From contig OZ116702.1 in the NCBI GenBank assembly GCA_964199315.1, forward strand, positions 33,356,001 to 33,420,000: a stretch of DNA of 64,000 bases, given 5' to 3'. The DNA comes from Orbicella franksi (lineage: Eukaryota). The position numbers and the translations under genes were made by a program. The number at the start of each line of letters is the position of its first letter. The stretch's first letter is position 1. Below, piece by piece: positions 20,518-33,407 of this stretch. The notes below the pieces were generated by a model. That model worked only from the letters and a program-made list of their open reading frames with translations, ran no database searches and was not told where the DNA came from.

Positions 20518-22578
20518 AGTCGTTCAGTTTCTTTTTCCACTTTTAAGCTCACGAATAACGTTTCTTCTGGTGTCAGTTCACTGTAGCAATAACGTCACTC
20601 TGTTTATGTTCTACCGAAGAAGGAATAAATGTTTGGCCTGATACCGTCATTTGCGCGAAAAAATATCACTTTACAATTTGGCAAATTTCCTCGACGGCAG
20701 ATCCACTGTCTATTTGTGATAATAATTACGGCTTGTCACTTGTGCTTACCACACCAACAGAAAGGGACCTATCAGCTTGTGCCATGTCACTGCTGCGCCA
20801 GATGAAGTAGCGATTGACAGCTTTTGTTTTCACTTTATTCTGTAGTCTGTGATAAACAGTCGCCCATCAAATTTTCCACCAAGATGAGTCATGGAGAACA
20901 CACAGGATGTTCAACACTCGAGTTCAGTTAAATCATCCTGATGCCCGAACAGAGACTGCTTGTCGGAGTTTAAATTTAGAAATTTAATGTCCAGTATAAT
21001 GACAGCGTAAACCACCTAATCAACGGCTGCTGCGCAAACGAATTTACTCTGCAGAGACATGAAGTTTTTTTCGAGCATCCAGCTCAGTCTTTTAATTAAA
21101 AAAATTCAAGGGCCTTCTGGTATACAAACCGTGCATTGCAGATGATCGACGTTTTCAATGGCTAATTAATATCTTGAGTATCAGCTTCAGTTTGGGTTTT
21201 ATCACATGAGAGTCAGTTTCTTTAAAACATGTTTGCACCTGTTTACAAAAAGAGAAGGATCTAGGTGGAGACGGGAGACTGAAGGGAGGGCGTTTAGTTA
21301 GATTTTCTAAATAAAAAAAGGAGAAACCAGAAAGTTTAAATACTGATGTCAAATAAAGAACTGCTCAATAGCTTTCTTACTACTTCTTACCAGTCTGATC
21401 AGCTTTTCCTGTGTCTCAAGAGAATGAAAAACTCCGCATAGCTGGCTGGGTTGTTTTTCAGCCCGGCTTGAAGCATGACAAACAGTCGTTAACTTTTCAT
21501 TTTTCTTTTATTCATTTTTCATTGTTTGTGAATTAAATTTTTCATCAAGAAGTGCCAGGGAGAACAAAGGATGTTTAATCATCTTTGATGATTGCTATTT
21601 ATTTCACTTTCGTTTTTGTTTATAATTTCAGTCTTTTTATTAACTAGTGACTCGTTGTATATATAAACCATGCATACATAGTATATGATTTGTTACACTG
21701 AGGATTAGATACTGAAGTTTGTTGCAGGGCTTTTAAACAATGTTTGCACCCGTGCAGTTTATGAATAACTGAAAGAAAGTCCATTTGTTTTTTTTTTTGT
21801 GATGCACATTTGTGGTGCCAAGTTTTAAGAACACTGCTTAAATATTTCTAGAGATCTTGTTTATTCACTATTTTACCATTTTTTAGTTGGAAACAATAGG
21901 ACGTCATCAGTGCTCTAATTTGCATGATATAAAAACGTCAATATCTCTAAAACGAAAATAGATATTTCAAAAAAGAAAAAGTCGCCATTCTTCTGTATTT
22001 TGGAAGGCCTTTCAAATAAGCAGAAATTATTTTTCATGTCATATACACTTTAATTTGCAAACAGCTGGTTAAAAACATAATCTTTATTTTATAATTCATT
22101 TATTTTAGACAAGCTAGAGCAAGATATTATTTGAATTGCTTTTTATTTCTGTGGGTAGTTGATAAAGCCGTTCTAGCTACAAGACTGCGAACACCAGGTC
22201 AAACTGGAAGCCCGCTACGTTCTATGGCTTCTGTGTTCTACCTGTCTATTTTCTGTTCTCCTCTGTTTTTCAGGTTCGCTAGGTAACATGACTGACGCTC
22301 TCTAATGTTCAGAGGTGTCATTAGTTACTCGCTGTTTAAAAATCATTCACCTTAGATTCTAAGTCCTTCACGATAATTTCTACTAAATATTAATATAGAC
22401 AGAATGATTATACAATTATGGCCCAATTTGCTTTAGACGTCAGATAACTTAGAGAGAGTTTACTTGATCTTCCGGCCGTTTTCAGTTTTAAGAGACTGCA
22501 TGGGTCGCTTATTAAAAGCTTTTTCTTTTCGTATGTCCCAGTTTATATTGTTCTTTGACTACGTTGAGACTGCTCTGC

Positions 22579-23570
22579 TCAAAAGAATCCCAGAAGATTC
22601 TTTAACCCTTGACGACAGTTTCCGCTGAAAATGAAACAGATGCAAAGGTTATGGCACAATTTGCGTTAGCAATAAAAAGCCGAGTGGTAAACTTGAAGTA
22701 TTTGAAGCCACAAGTCTTGTTGAATCGCCTAGACTAACATAGCTATCCGCGGGCCAGTCCAACTGTAAAATGTAGGTTTTATTAAGAAATAAAATGAAAT
22801 GATGAAATGAAATGATGAATCCCGACACAAAGAATTTTACAAACTATGAGATACTGGGGGGCAGTCAACATACCACAAACACAATGGCAATCGCCATCTT
22901 TGAAACATTTCGCTCCCTTTGCTGGCGATAGATGATGGCTATCAACACCAACGGGATAAAATGGTACGGAACCAAAATTAACACGGTATAATTATCAAAA
23001 TATGAAGACTCTCCGACGACTTCATTCCAATGTAATTCACACACAAACCTTTCTGTATATTGAACAAGTTTGTAGGCGAAGAGATATGGAGAGATAAGAG
23101 CCATTGCGACGATCCAAGTGGCGAGAATGAAGAACGGGCACAGCTTTGAACTGATGAGTGGGGAACGGAGGGGATATACCACAGCTCCAAATCGATCCAC
23201 TGCTATCAGAGCCACACTCTGCAGTGACACAGATGGAGATATCTTGGAAGAAAAGCACAAGCTTACACAAGGCCTGGCCAAGAGGACCTCTTAGCAACCA
23301 GTAGTCTATATACAAACTTGATAGAAAACGCGGGAATACAAAAATTGGACACAGCAGATCAGACATGGCCATGTTTACGATGAAAAAGTTGATGAGTTTT
23401 CTCATACTTTCCGTCTTGTAGACAATTAATCCGATGAACGTGTTCCCAGCCAGCGAAACAACCATCAAGAGGCAATAAGCAAAAGTTATTCCGATGTTTT
23501 CTGCAGTCGAATGCTGGCAACTCGATGGCTGTGTTCCATTTAGCGTTGTATTCAGCCAAGCTACCGACAT
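22579..23570 (-). pseudogene. Chimeric GPCR pseudogene: D-type 5' half fused to C-type 3' half
   Basis: The N-terminus MSVAWLNTTLNGTQ matches D1/D2. Sequence after DRF matches C1/C2 (YKLVQYTERFVCELHWNEVV). There is a 2-nt deletion near 23233 and a premature stop at 22865. Confidence 0.88.
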
Positions 23571-24294
23571 GCTCGTTTTTCAGTTATTCGCAGTTCTTTT
23601 TTTTCCCGTTCCTCCGATGACTTTTTCTCGTTGAGTGGGAAGAAAATTTTGAACAGCTGTCACCGATCATTCAGCATTATTCAAGTCAGCTTTTTAGCAG
23701 ACAATATATTTTTTCATCTGAGATTGTTTTATTAACCACTGTATTTAATAATATTCTTGTCAGTCATGAAGGCGGCCAGACAAATCACTAAAACGCAAGA
23801 AATGAATAATTTAAACATGACTCGCCGGCTTTTAAACAAATAAAAAAACATGCCAGATGAATTTTTTTTACAATTGGTCCTCAATGCGATTGATCAAAAT
23901 TCCACGTAATCCCGAAGCTTCAAATTAGTTGAAACATTTTAAGATCGTTAATTTTCAGCCTCAACTCAGGGAAATGTTGGGCTTATTTTCACTCATGTTT
24001 TTTGTTGTCCGCATTATAATTTTTTTCTATCTCGAATCACTATACTATACGATCACTCAACATATCTTTAATCCAATTTCGAAAATGTTCTGTAATTGTT
24101 TACTGGAATCGAATACGGCAAAATGTAGACCCGTTTTTTTTGCGCTTTGGATCCGGAACTGAGGAACAAGCTGAAAATTACGAAATGACGAAAACAAAAT
24201 TCCCTTTGACTTTAAGATTAGACAGTTTATTTTGCTTGAAAATTCTTGGTATAGTTTGGTAGCCAGCTCTATGAGCTTTAAATTGATATGGGCT

Positions 24295-25326
24295 TTAGGG
24301 ATCTACAGTTGCAACCGGACGTGCTACATCGCTTGGACGTGAGACACCTTTAAAGGAACACGGTAACCTTAAGAAAGCCTTAAGTCCTTCACGATAATTT
24401 CTACTGAAAATAAAACAGATGCAAGGATTTAAGGCACAATTTGTGCGAGCCATAAAAAAGGCAACAATAATAAAGTATTTGGAGTCACAAGACCATATAT
24501 CCGATGCAAAGAAGAAGAGAAACCAGAAGATACCGAGGGGCAACTGGCATACCGCAAACCCTAACACAATAGCAAAGGCCATCTTTAACACATTTCGCTT
24601 CCTATGCAGGCGTTGTCGTCCAAAGTTGGCTGACCGCTCGCCTGGAATCTTCTGTGACTTGAGCTTTAGGTAGATGATAATGTAAAGTATGGCTATCAAC
24701 ACCGAAGGGCTTATAATGAATACAACCAAAATTGACACGTAATAATTTTCAATGAACGAGAACGCTCCAAAGGCTTCATTCCAACGCATCTCACACAGCA
24801 ACCCTCCTGGATATTCAACAAGTTTGTAGGCGAAGAGCTTTGGGGATTGGACAGCCATCGCGACGATCCAAGTGGCGAGGATAAAGAACAGGCACAGCTT
24901 TGAACTGATGAGTGGGGAACGGAGGGGATATACCACAGCTCCAAATCGATCCACTGCTATCAGAACCAGGCTCAGAATAGAGACAAAAAGGGAAACATCA
25001 GATAAGAAGATTACCAGCTTACATAAGGCCTGGCCGAGAGGACCACCGATCAGCCAGGAGTCTATGTAGAGCAGTTGAATTTCCCGAGGAATCAAGAAAA
25101 TCGGAAACAGCAGATCGGACATGGCCATGTTTACAATGAAAAAGTTGATTGGTTTTCTCATGGTTTTCTTCTTGTAGACAATTATTCCGATGACGGTGTT
25201 TCCAGCCAGCGAAACAAGAAAAACCAGGCAGTAAGCAAGGGTTATTCCAATTTTTCCTGCTCCATTATTCCAGTAGCAGCCCGATGGCTGTGTTTCATTC
25301 ATCACTGAGTTCACGTTTTCCGACAT
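24295..25326 (-). CDS. Intronless class-A GPCR, locus B2, 343 aa, intact
   Basis: Near-identical paralogue of B1/B3 with a full ORF. Confidence 0.93.
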   Translation of the reverse strand: MSENVNSVMNETQPSGCYWNNGAGKIGITLAYCLVFLVSLAGNTVIGIIVYKKKTMRKPINFFIVNMAMSDLLFPIFLIPREIQLLYIDSWLIGGPLGQALCKLVIFLSDVSLFVSILSLVLIAVDRFGAVVYPLRSPLISSKLCLFFILATWIVAMAVQSPKLFAYKLVEYPGGLLCEMRWNEAFGAFSFIENYYVSILVVFIISPSVLIAILYIIIYLKLKSQKIPGERSANFGRQRLHRKRNVLKMAFAIVLGFAVCQLPLGIFWFLFFFASDIWSCDSKYFIIVAFFMARTNCALNPCICFIFSRNYREGLKAFLRLPCSFKGVSRPSDVARPVATVDP

Positions 25327-28300
25327 TTTCCACTTTTACGCTCACGAATAACGTTTCTTCTGGTGTCAGTTCACTGTAGCAGTAACGTCACTCTGTTTAT
25401 GTTCTGCCGAAGAAGGGATAAATGTTTGGCCTGATGCCGTCATTTGCGCGAAAGAAAATCACTTAACGATTTGGCAAATTTTCTCGACGGCAGATCCACT
25501 GCCTATTTGTGATAATAATTACGGCTTGTCACCTGTACTTACCACATCAACATAAAGTGACCTATCAGTTTGTGCCATGTCATTGCTGCGTCAGATGAAG
25601 TAGCGATTGACAACTTTTGTTTTCACTTTATTCTGTAGTCTGTGATAAACGGTCGCCCATCAAATTTTCGATCAAGGTGAGTCATGGAGAACACACAGGA
25701 TGTTCAACACTCGAGCTCAATTCAGTCATCCTGATGCTCGAGCAGAGACTGCTTGTCGGAGTTTAAATTTAGAAATTTTGATGTCCAATATAATGACAGC
25801 GTAAACCACCTAGTCAACGGCTGCCGCGCAAACGAATTAACTGTACAGACATAAAGTTTTTTCGAATATCCAACTTAGTCTTTTAAATAAAATAATTTAA
25901 GAGACTCCTGGTATACAAACCGTGCATTGCAGATGATCGACGTTTTCAATGGCTAATTAATATCTTGAGTATCAGCTTCAGTTTGGGTTTTATCACATGA
26001 GTTTCAGTTTCTTTATAAAGTGTTTGCACCTGTCTTCAAAAAGAGAAGGATCTGGGTGGAGACGGGAGAGGAGAGGGTGTTTAGTTAGATTTTCTCAAAA
26101 AACGGAGAAACCAGAAAGTACAAATTTTGGTGTCAAATAAAGAACTGCTCAATTGCTTTCTCACTACTTCTTACAAGTGTGATCAACAAGCGTGTCTCAA
26201 GAGAATGAAAAACTCCGCTTAATTTGCAAACAGCTGGTTAAAAACATAATTATTATTTTATAATTCGTTTATTTTAGACAAGCTAGAACAAGATATCATT
26301 TGAATTGCTTTTTTATTTCTGTAAGCAGTTGTTAAAGCCGTTAAAGACTGCGAACACCAGGTCAACTGGAACCCCTCTATGCTCTATGGCTTCTGTGTTC
26401 TATCTGTCTATTTTCTGTTCTTCTCTGTTTTTCAGGTTCGCTAGGTAACATGGAAGGTGTTTTATGTTTTTCCTCCTGGCTTTTTCTTTATAAGAGTACC
26501 AATTCTTTTTCAGTCGAGAATATTCCAGTTTGAGTGTTAAGTTGTAATTAAAGCAGGTGTCTGCAGCATGGAAAATGTTTGAGAGTCCCACGTGATAACA
26601 TCGTGCAAATGATTGAAACAAGCTTCCTGTTCATATGTGACTCCGACACAGTAAACAAACGGTGACTTAGTTAAGCTTCAGTTTATAGGTATTTTTCTTA
26701 TCTGAGAAAACTAAGCCAACAAAAACCTCACCGCCTTAAAATAATTTGACGGTAACATCTGATAAAACACCAACATATCATAGAGTAGTTACCTAAAACT
26801 TAATTTTGCAGGGTATATAATTTCAATTCTTCTGTTTTCCAAATAAAGCTACTGTCACCTGAATTGTTAGCGTAAAAGATTATTTATTTTACTGCTCTAG
26901 CTTTTTTTCCTAAACGTTCTCTGCCTGCCTTTTCAAAAATAATAAACTACTGAATTTATTTGCTTTCTGATTTTGTTTCATTCTAACTCTAACATAGCTA
27001 ATTCAACGAGAACATTGATCACTAACAGCTTAATTAGCAATTTCGTGCCTCTCTTAAGGAAAATTTCTCCTCATTTGTTTAGTTAATGCTAACCCTGTAA
27101 ACTCTTAGCTTGTTGTTTTAAGCAATATCACACTGTCCTTTAAATTCAATAGCCTTTTTCAAGAGACCGCAAAATTTTATTAACACAATCTTGCACCTGG
27201 TTAGAATTAGCCTCCATAGCTGGTGGGATTTTACACGCATGTGCTTTGTTTTGGCGCGGAACCTCAAAGGAAATAAGACCTCTCAAGTTTGAGGAAACCC
27301 CCTTTAAAAACATGATTTTGCCACAAAAAAGTCAAGTGACGTGACCAAATAACTGACACACCAAAATTCTCTCTGTATAATTTTGTGAAAAGTCAGAAAG
27401 TTTAACCGCTATAGATGGAATATTATTTTTAAATAATTGAAATAAAGTTTGAAATCAGCTCCGGCGCTTCGTGTCCACACCTCTCCCACGAACTAAAACG
27501 GGTTAAGTGTTGATCAGTCCGAAGTCCCAAATAAAATATGTGTAAAAAGGACTGTGAGTCTGTATTTTTTGTGTGGTCATTCATGCACTCAAATTACCGT
27601 TAACAAATCCAACAAACATCGTCATTATTTTTTCACAAATTCATGAAAACAAGGTTTTTTTTGTGAATTTTCAAATTTGTCTATGGAAACTGATACCGTT
27701 AAAAATTAAGCAGGATTTCGAGGAATTCTCCGTTTCTGACTCAGCGAAAGTTTTATCGGATGAGCAGGGATATATTCTAACAAGATGCATGTTCGATGTA
27801 TTCTTGAATTTAGCGACAGCTGAGAATTAAGTCCCAAGTTATTTTGCGTGCAGCTTGTGGCAAAGAGGCGGAGATGACAAGCATCCCCCAAAATTGTTGT
27901 TTTTCAAGACTTCTTGCTCTGAGGGTCGACTGTGTGATTGATAATTGCTGTTATTGTCAGCATGGTGAAAATCGCATGAAGTAAAAAGTTCGTGCCTGAA
28001 CGGAAAACATCTGGGCACTGAACGCGCGAGTGACTGACAGAAGCTTCCTGTTCAGGCTTCTCACTCTATCAACAAACGCCTGATTAATACATGACATGGA
28101 AAAATATTAAACTACGATGTAAAACATCCAAATAGAAAGAATAATTCTAAAATAAAATTCAGAAAACAAAGAGGAACTCGCAATTTGCTTTTCAGAGCCC
28201 AGTGTTATAAAACAAAAGTAATGACAAGTAAGACTGCTCCAGAAACAATTGGAACTGGCACACGTTTCTAATGAGCCCAGCAGAGGGCAAACCAGCAGGT

Positions 28301-29150
28301 TAAGTCTTAGACATGCAAGTTAGTCTCCCAGTATATAAATGATCGCACGTGCCTTGTAAATACTTGTAAGACTGATTGCCTTGACATCGAATAGCTAGTA
28401 TCAGTAAAACCTCCGAGTAGAAAGAGAAATTCTAAAAAATGAAAAGACACAAAGGGACTCGTAATTTGCATCTTAGAGGCCTGCCAACAAAACAAAAAAA
28501 ATAACCAGCAGGACTGTTTCAGAAACACTTGACTCATGATGAGCTCATCCGGGGGCAAACCCAGGATGTTTTCTCAAATATGCAGGTTTATCATCCTAGG
28601 AAATGGACTAGCATGTAGTATGTAACCGATTGCATTTGCCTTGTAAGGCTGACTGTCTCAGTTTCAGACTTGGCTTGTTGAAAATGCACGGTTTGTTGTA
28701 AGATAAATAAAGTTTGTTGTACAAATGCAGCTTATCAAAATAATGTCCAGTCGAAGAAAGAGAACAGTGGCGATAAAAAAGGAGAGAAAGAGAGGCTTAC
28801 ATAGAATGGCTGTGGAAAGAAAATCGGACTTCAATAATCAATACCGTATTGATGTTTTCACGCACTTTATTGCTCCCTAATAAAGAAATTTGTAGACGAG
28901 ATAGCTACAAATATCTACAAATGAAGACATATATAAACAACCGTTCTATCAAGTTTATCAAGCGTCCATATATTAAATAGCAGCGTTGAAATAAATATTG
29001 TTTACACCGTTTACAAGACAGCGAACAAATTTGTCACGAATTTAAACCGAAAAATTACACTTTTAATGGAGTTTACAGAATAGCTAAACAGAATGGATTA
29101 AAACCGTTGTGCAAAGTTTCTTTAAGATATGGTGTACATTGAATAATATG

Positions 29151-29783
29151 TAGATTTAGCCAAGCATAAAAAGCGGAGCTCCTGATTGCAATAACTGACG
29201 ATAAAGGAAAAATAGAATTATTTTTTCTTGGATCAGAAACTCAAAAAATGATCAATTGGGTGCATTTAATTGTTCAGCGTGTGGTTTTGCTATTTTTTCC
29301 AGTTAAATTTTAACAAACTATACCCAACAAGCCTAACCAAGATTGTAGAAATTACGGACGCAATATATCAGGGACTTTCCAAGAGACGATTGTACAAGGA
29401 ATATGTCAGAAGAAAAGTCAACAACGCGCCAGGGGTTAATTTGCGCGGAAATTTTGCCTTTGCGAGTACTCCTTCCCTCTCCCCCAGAGAAATAACGTGA
29501 CTCGATGAGCTCTAAACCTGAGCCCGCGATGTAGTCACGTGACACTGGTCAGCGGATAGCTTGTTGTGACAGCTGTCAATTAACAATAGCGTGGACGCCC
29601 AAAATCAAAGATGTAGCTATAGTCATGATGCTACTCTCTTAGTTTTCGAGGTATTGGCGTACGGACGTACGTACGGACAGTCACGTGACAACCAAAATTT
29701 TTCAGATCGATGGGTTACCAAATTTTCTAAGGTATGAGGATCAGATCCGCTCGCGCGCCTTATCGGCCCGCAGGAGCTCCGCT
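29151..29783 (+). mobile_element. Second copy of the hairpin-ended interspersed repeat
   Basis: ggagctcc at both ends (29175-29182, 29773-29780); the internal core is shared with 17641-18006. Confidence 0.55.
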
Positions 29784-29892
29784 GAAATAAGAAAGCAGTT
29801 TTAAATTAACGTTTTTTAAACGTTTCAGGTCGACTGAAGAATGACTGAAGGACAACCGAGCGTGATCAATTCCTGCGCTGCTTAAAAATCAT

Positions 29893-30700
29893 TTAGCTTA
29901 AGAGAGTCTTAAGTCCTTCACGATAATTTCTACTGAAAATAAAACAGATGCAAGGATTTATGGCACAATTTGCTTCGGACATGAAAGAGGCAACCGAGTG
30001 CTCGCCTGGAATTTTGTGTGACTTGAGCTTTAGATAGATGATAATGTAAAGTATGGCTGTCGACAGCAACGGGATAAAACAGAGGGCTACCATAACTGAC
30101 GCGAAGTAATTCTCGTGGGACGAGGACTCTGGGAAAGCTTCATACCAAAGGAAGATACTAACCCGTCCTCCAGGACATTTAACAAGTTTCAAGCCGAAGA
30201 AATATGGGGTAGATAGCCAACGGGACGATCCAAGTGGTGAGAATGAAGAACGGGCACTGCTTTGAACTGATGAGTGGCGAACGGAGGGGATATACCACAG
30301 CTCCAAATCGATCCACTGCTATCAAAACAAGTTGAGGCTCTGAACAGACACAGCAGTGGAGACTATCTGTTAAGAAGTAAACCAGCTTACATAAGGCCTG
30401 GCCAAGAGGACCACCGATCAGCCAGGAGTCTATAAAGAGGCTTTGAATCTCAGAAGGGAACAAAAAAAATGGGTAAAAGCAGATCGGACGTGGCCATGTT
30501 TACGACTAAAAAGTTGATGGGTTTTCTCATGGTTTTCGTCTTGTAGACAATTATTCCGATGACGGTGTTCCCAGCCAACGAAACAAGAAAAATCAGGCAG
30601 TAAGTTAAAGTTTTTCCGATTGTTTCTGCTGTAGGATTGCTGGAGCAGCTCAATGGCTGTGTTCCATTCATCGTTGTATTGAGGTTTTCCTGATAATAGT
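29893..30700 (-). pseudogene. GPCR pseudogene, locus E (A/B-like)
   Basis: Fragments in three frames: MNGTQPLSCSSNPTAETIGKTLTYCLIFLVSLAGN, SWLIGGPLGQALCK...DRF and NCAINPCICFIFSRNYREG. The start codon is disrupted, there are frameshifts, and TM6 is deleted (PGEHS joined directly to VASFM). Confidence 0.9.
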
Positions 30701-33407
30701 CGTTCAGTTTCGTTCTTCGCTGTTATGCTCAAATCTTGGTGGTCTTCACTTGTAGCGTCACTCTATTCATGTTCCATCTTTAAGGCGAAAGTGAAAGTAA
30801 CTTATCAACTTGCGCCACGAATCGCTTTTTATTTCTTATCCTAAGGCCGAAGAAACTAGCAGCAGACAATGTTCTAAAATGTTTTGTAAAAGACATGTGG
30901 CTGGGTTGTTTTTCAGCTCGGCTTGAAACATGACAAACAATTCGTTAATTTTCTTCTTTCTGTTATTTGTTTGCCTTGAATCTCATTTTCCATCTGAAGA
31001 TGAGTCAGTGAGAACACAGGATATTTAACATTAAAATTACACTCTCGCCCAAGCTCAATAAAAAAACTCCTGGTGCCCAAGCAGAGCCTGTTACTCGTCA
31101 GAGTTTGAATTTAGAAATTTTAATCTCCAATATAATGATATGGTAAACCGCGCATCAACGGCTGCCGGTTACGAGGTTATTCTGGAGAGTCATGACGTTT
31201 TCTGTAGAATCCAAATCAGTCTTTTAACAAACTAGAGACTCGCAGTATACAAAACCATGCTTGTCTAGTGTATGTTTTTTTTACACTGAAAATGTCTTGA
31301 GGATTGGATACTGAAGTTTTTTACAAAACGCGAGAAAGTTTTCTTTTTTTGTCGCCACTCTCAAGGTGACAACCAAAGACAGAGTTAACAGCTCACGGTT
31401 TCTATATCAAACACTGATGCAGGCAATTAAACGATTCATTTCGCACCTACTCAATATGAAATACGGCAACTCGGCGCAGCTTATAAAAATACTCTCGACT
31501 CAGAGATAGAGAACAGTGGCGACAATAAAAGAAGAGAAGGCGAGGGAGGGCGATTAATTTGTTTCCCTGAACCTGGAAGAAAGAAAATCAAAGCTTAAGA
31601 CTTACAAACTGAATTTGAGCGGGAATCGTACGAAGTTAAAAATTATGGTCCTGACGGGAAACCTGCGGACACTCAAGGTGATTACAACAATCAATAATCT
31701 GTTATGTATCACCCTCTTAGAATAAAGTTTTTATTTTCTTACTATCAAAAATGGTGGTATAGGCGTTTTCAAAAGAACAGTTAGAAAACCATTCTGTAGT
31801 CTTTGAAATAATACTTATTTACATGGTTTAGGTCGACGGGAAACTTCCTGCGAATTTTAAGAAAATTACAAATGGAGTTTACAGAATTGCTTACAAAGGG
31901 GTTTTTAAGTCGGTGTCCAAAGAAAGATTTAAAACCGTTCTGCAAAATTTCGGAGCGTTTTCTTAAACACATAGGCGTACGGGCACCTTCGGACTTGAGC
32001 GGGCGGTGAGCTTCTTGCCTGAAAAATTACGCAATGCCCAAAAGCGTGAGTGTTGAAATCGGGATGCAAACGCACTGGAAATGCGTGAAAAACAAAAACG
32101 TTCACAAAGATAGTTATATTGAAAGCTTTTATACTCAATGACTTCTATCAACAGTCTCAATCGAGTTAAATCTAAAACTTATTAAAAGAAAAAGTTCTTC
32201 CTTTCATGGCGTTCGTTCAGCGATCGGCTGATCAGCAACAGAGACATTTGTGTTTCAAGATGGACCGTTTGGATGACCGTTACAGAGGCTATCCTATATT
32301 CGAGACTAGCCTCTCGACATACTCGAGAAGCTCAAAGAACGATATGAGGCATTGCTAGAAGTCCTTCAACATGTCTGGTTTTGGCCACAGCAGACTTGCA
32401 GCGTATACTGCAAGCCTTCCATGAATTCAGAAGCCACGTAAATAAGATGGTAAACAACATGGACGTACTAGAGAAACACCTCCAAAGAAAAATTCAAGAA
32501 AGAAATCAAAACAACACATCGGTTAAGACATTCCAAACGGCTCTTTTTGGAGCTTCCACAAAAACAAGAGTGTTGGTCTTCGTTTGCCGGCTTTGATTCG
32601 TGTCCTTGTTTTGTTGATGCAAATTGGGAAAGGAAATAATATCCTTGTAGTGGATTTCCACCGTACATTTAACCGACTTGTAGCTAACAGAAAACCCCAG
32701 GTGACTCATATCATTTCAGTCTAGGTCCTTTCTTGCGAGGCAAATGTCCAAGAAAGTAACTTACAAGCCTTGAAACCTAAAAGGAAAGGCCGGAAAGGAA
32801 AGGAAAGACCGCTGTCCCGACTTTTTTCTCTACGCCACAGCAGCTGATACAAATTGTAGACTTTACACCAACTCCCTTCGAAAACCACTTGACAGCTACA
32901 GACTCCCGATCGGGCGTCTAATCACACAGAAATGCATAAAAAGTCGAAACTTTTTTTTTTACTAGTTTTGGAATTTTGTAATGTTTTCTCTCAAGTATCG
33001 TTGCCCGAATCATCAGCGTTTTGCCCGAAAAATTACGTAATTTTCGTAGCTGGGGGGCTGCAGCCCCCCTCGACCCCCCCTGCCCCCCCACTCGCACGCC
33101 TGTGTTTAAACGTTTCAGGTCGCCTGACGCTCTCTACTGTTTAGAGGTGTCATTAGTTACTCGCTGTTTAAAAATCATTCATCTGAGATTCTAAGTCCTT
33201 CACGATAATTTCCACTAAATATTAATATAGACAGAATGATTTACATAATTATGGCCCAATTTGCTCCAGACGTCAGATAACTTGGAGAGAGTTTACTTGA
33301 TCTTCCGACTGTTTTCAATTTTAAGAGACTGAGTCGCTTATTAAAAGCTTTTTCTTTTCGTATGTTCCAGTTTATATTGTTCTTCGACTACGTTGAGACT
33401 GCTCTGC

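Noticed and set aside
19610-20586. Recurrent + strand ORFs overlapping the GPCRs (also near 24.4, 35.4, 36.8, 43.1 kb) and alternative-frame - strand ORFs such as MELWYIPSVP
   Set aside because: These are shadow frames of the duplicated GPCR coding sequence; they recur only because the genes are duplicated.
28536-28653. C/D box snoRNA (ATGATGA ... CTGA)
   Set aside because: Intergenic, with no terminal stem; the box spacing is compatible with chance.
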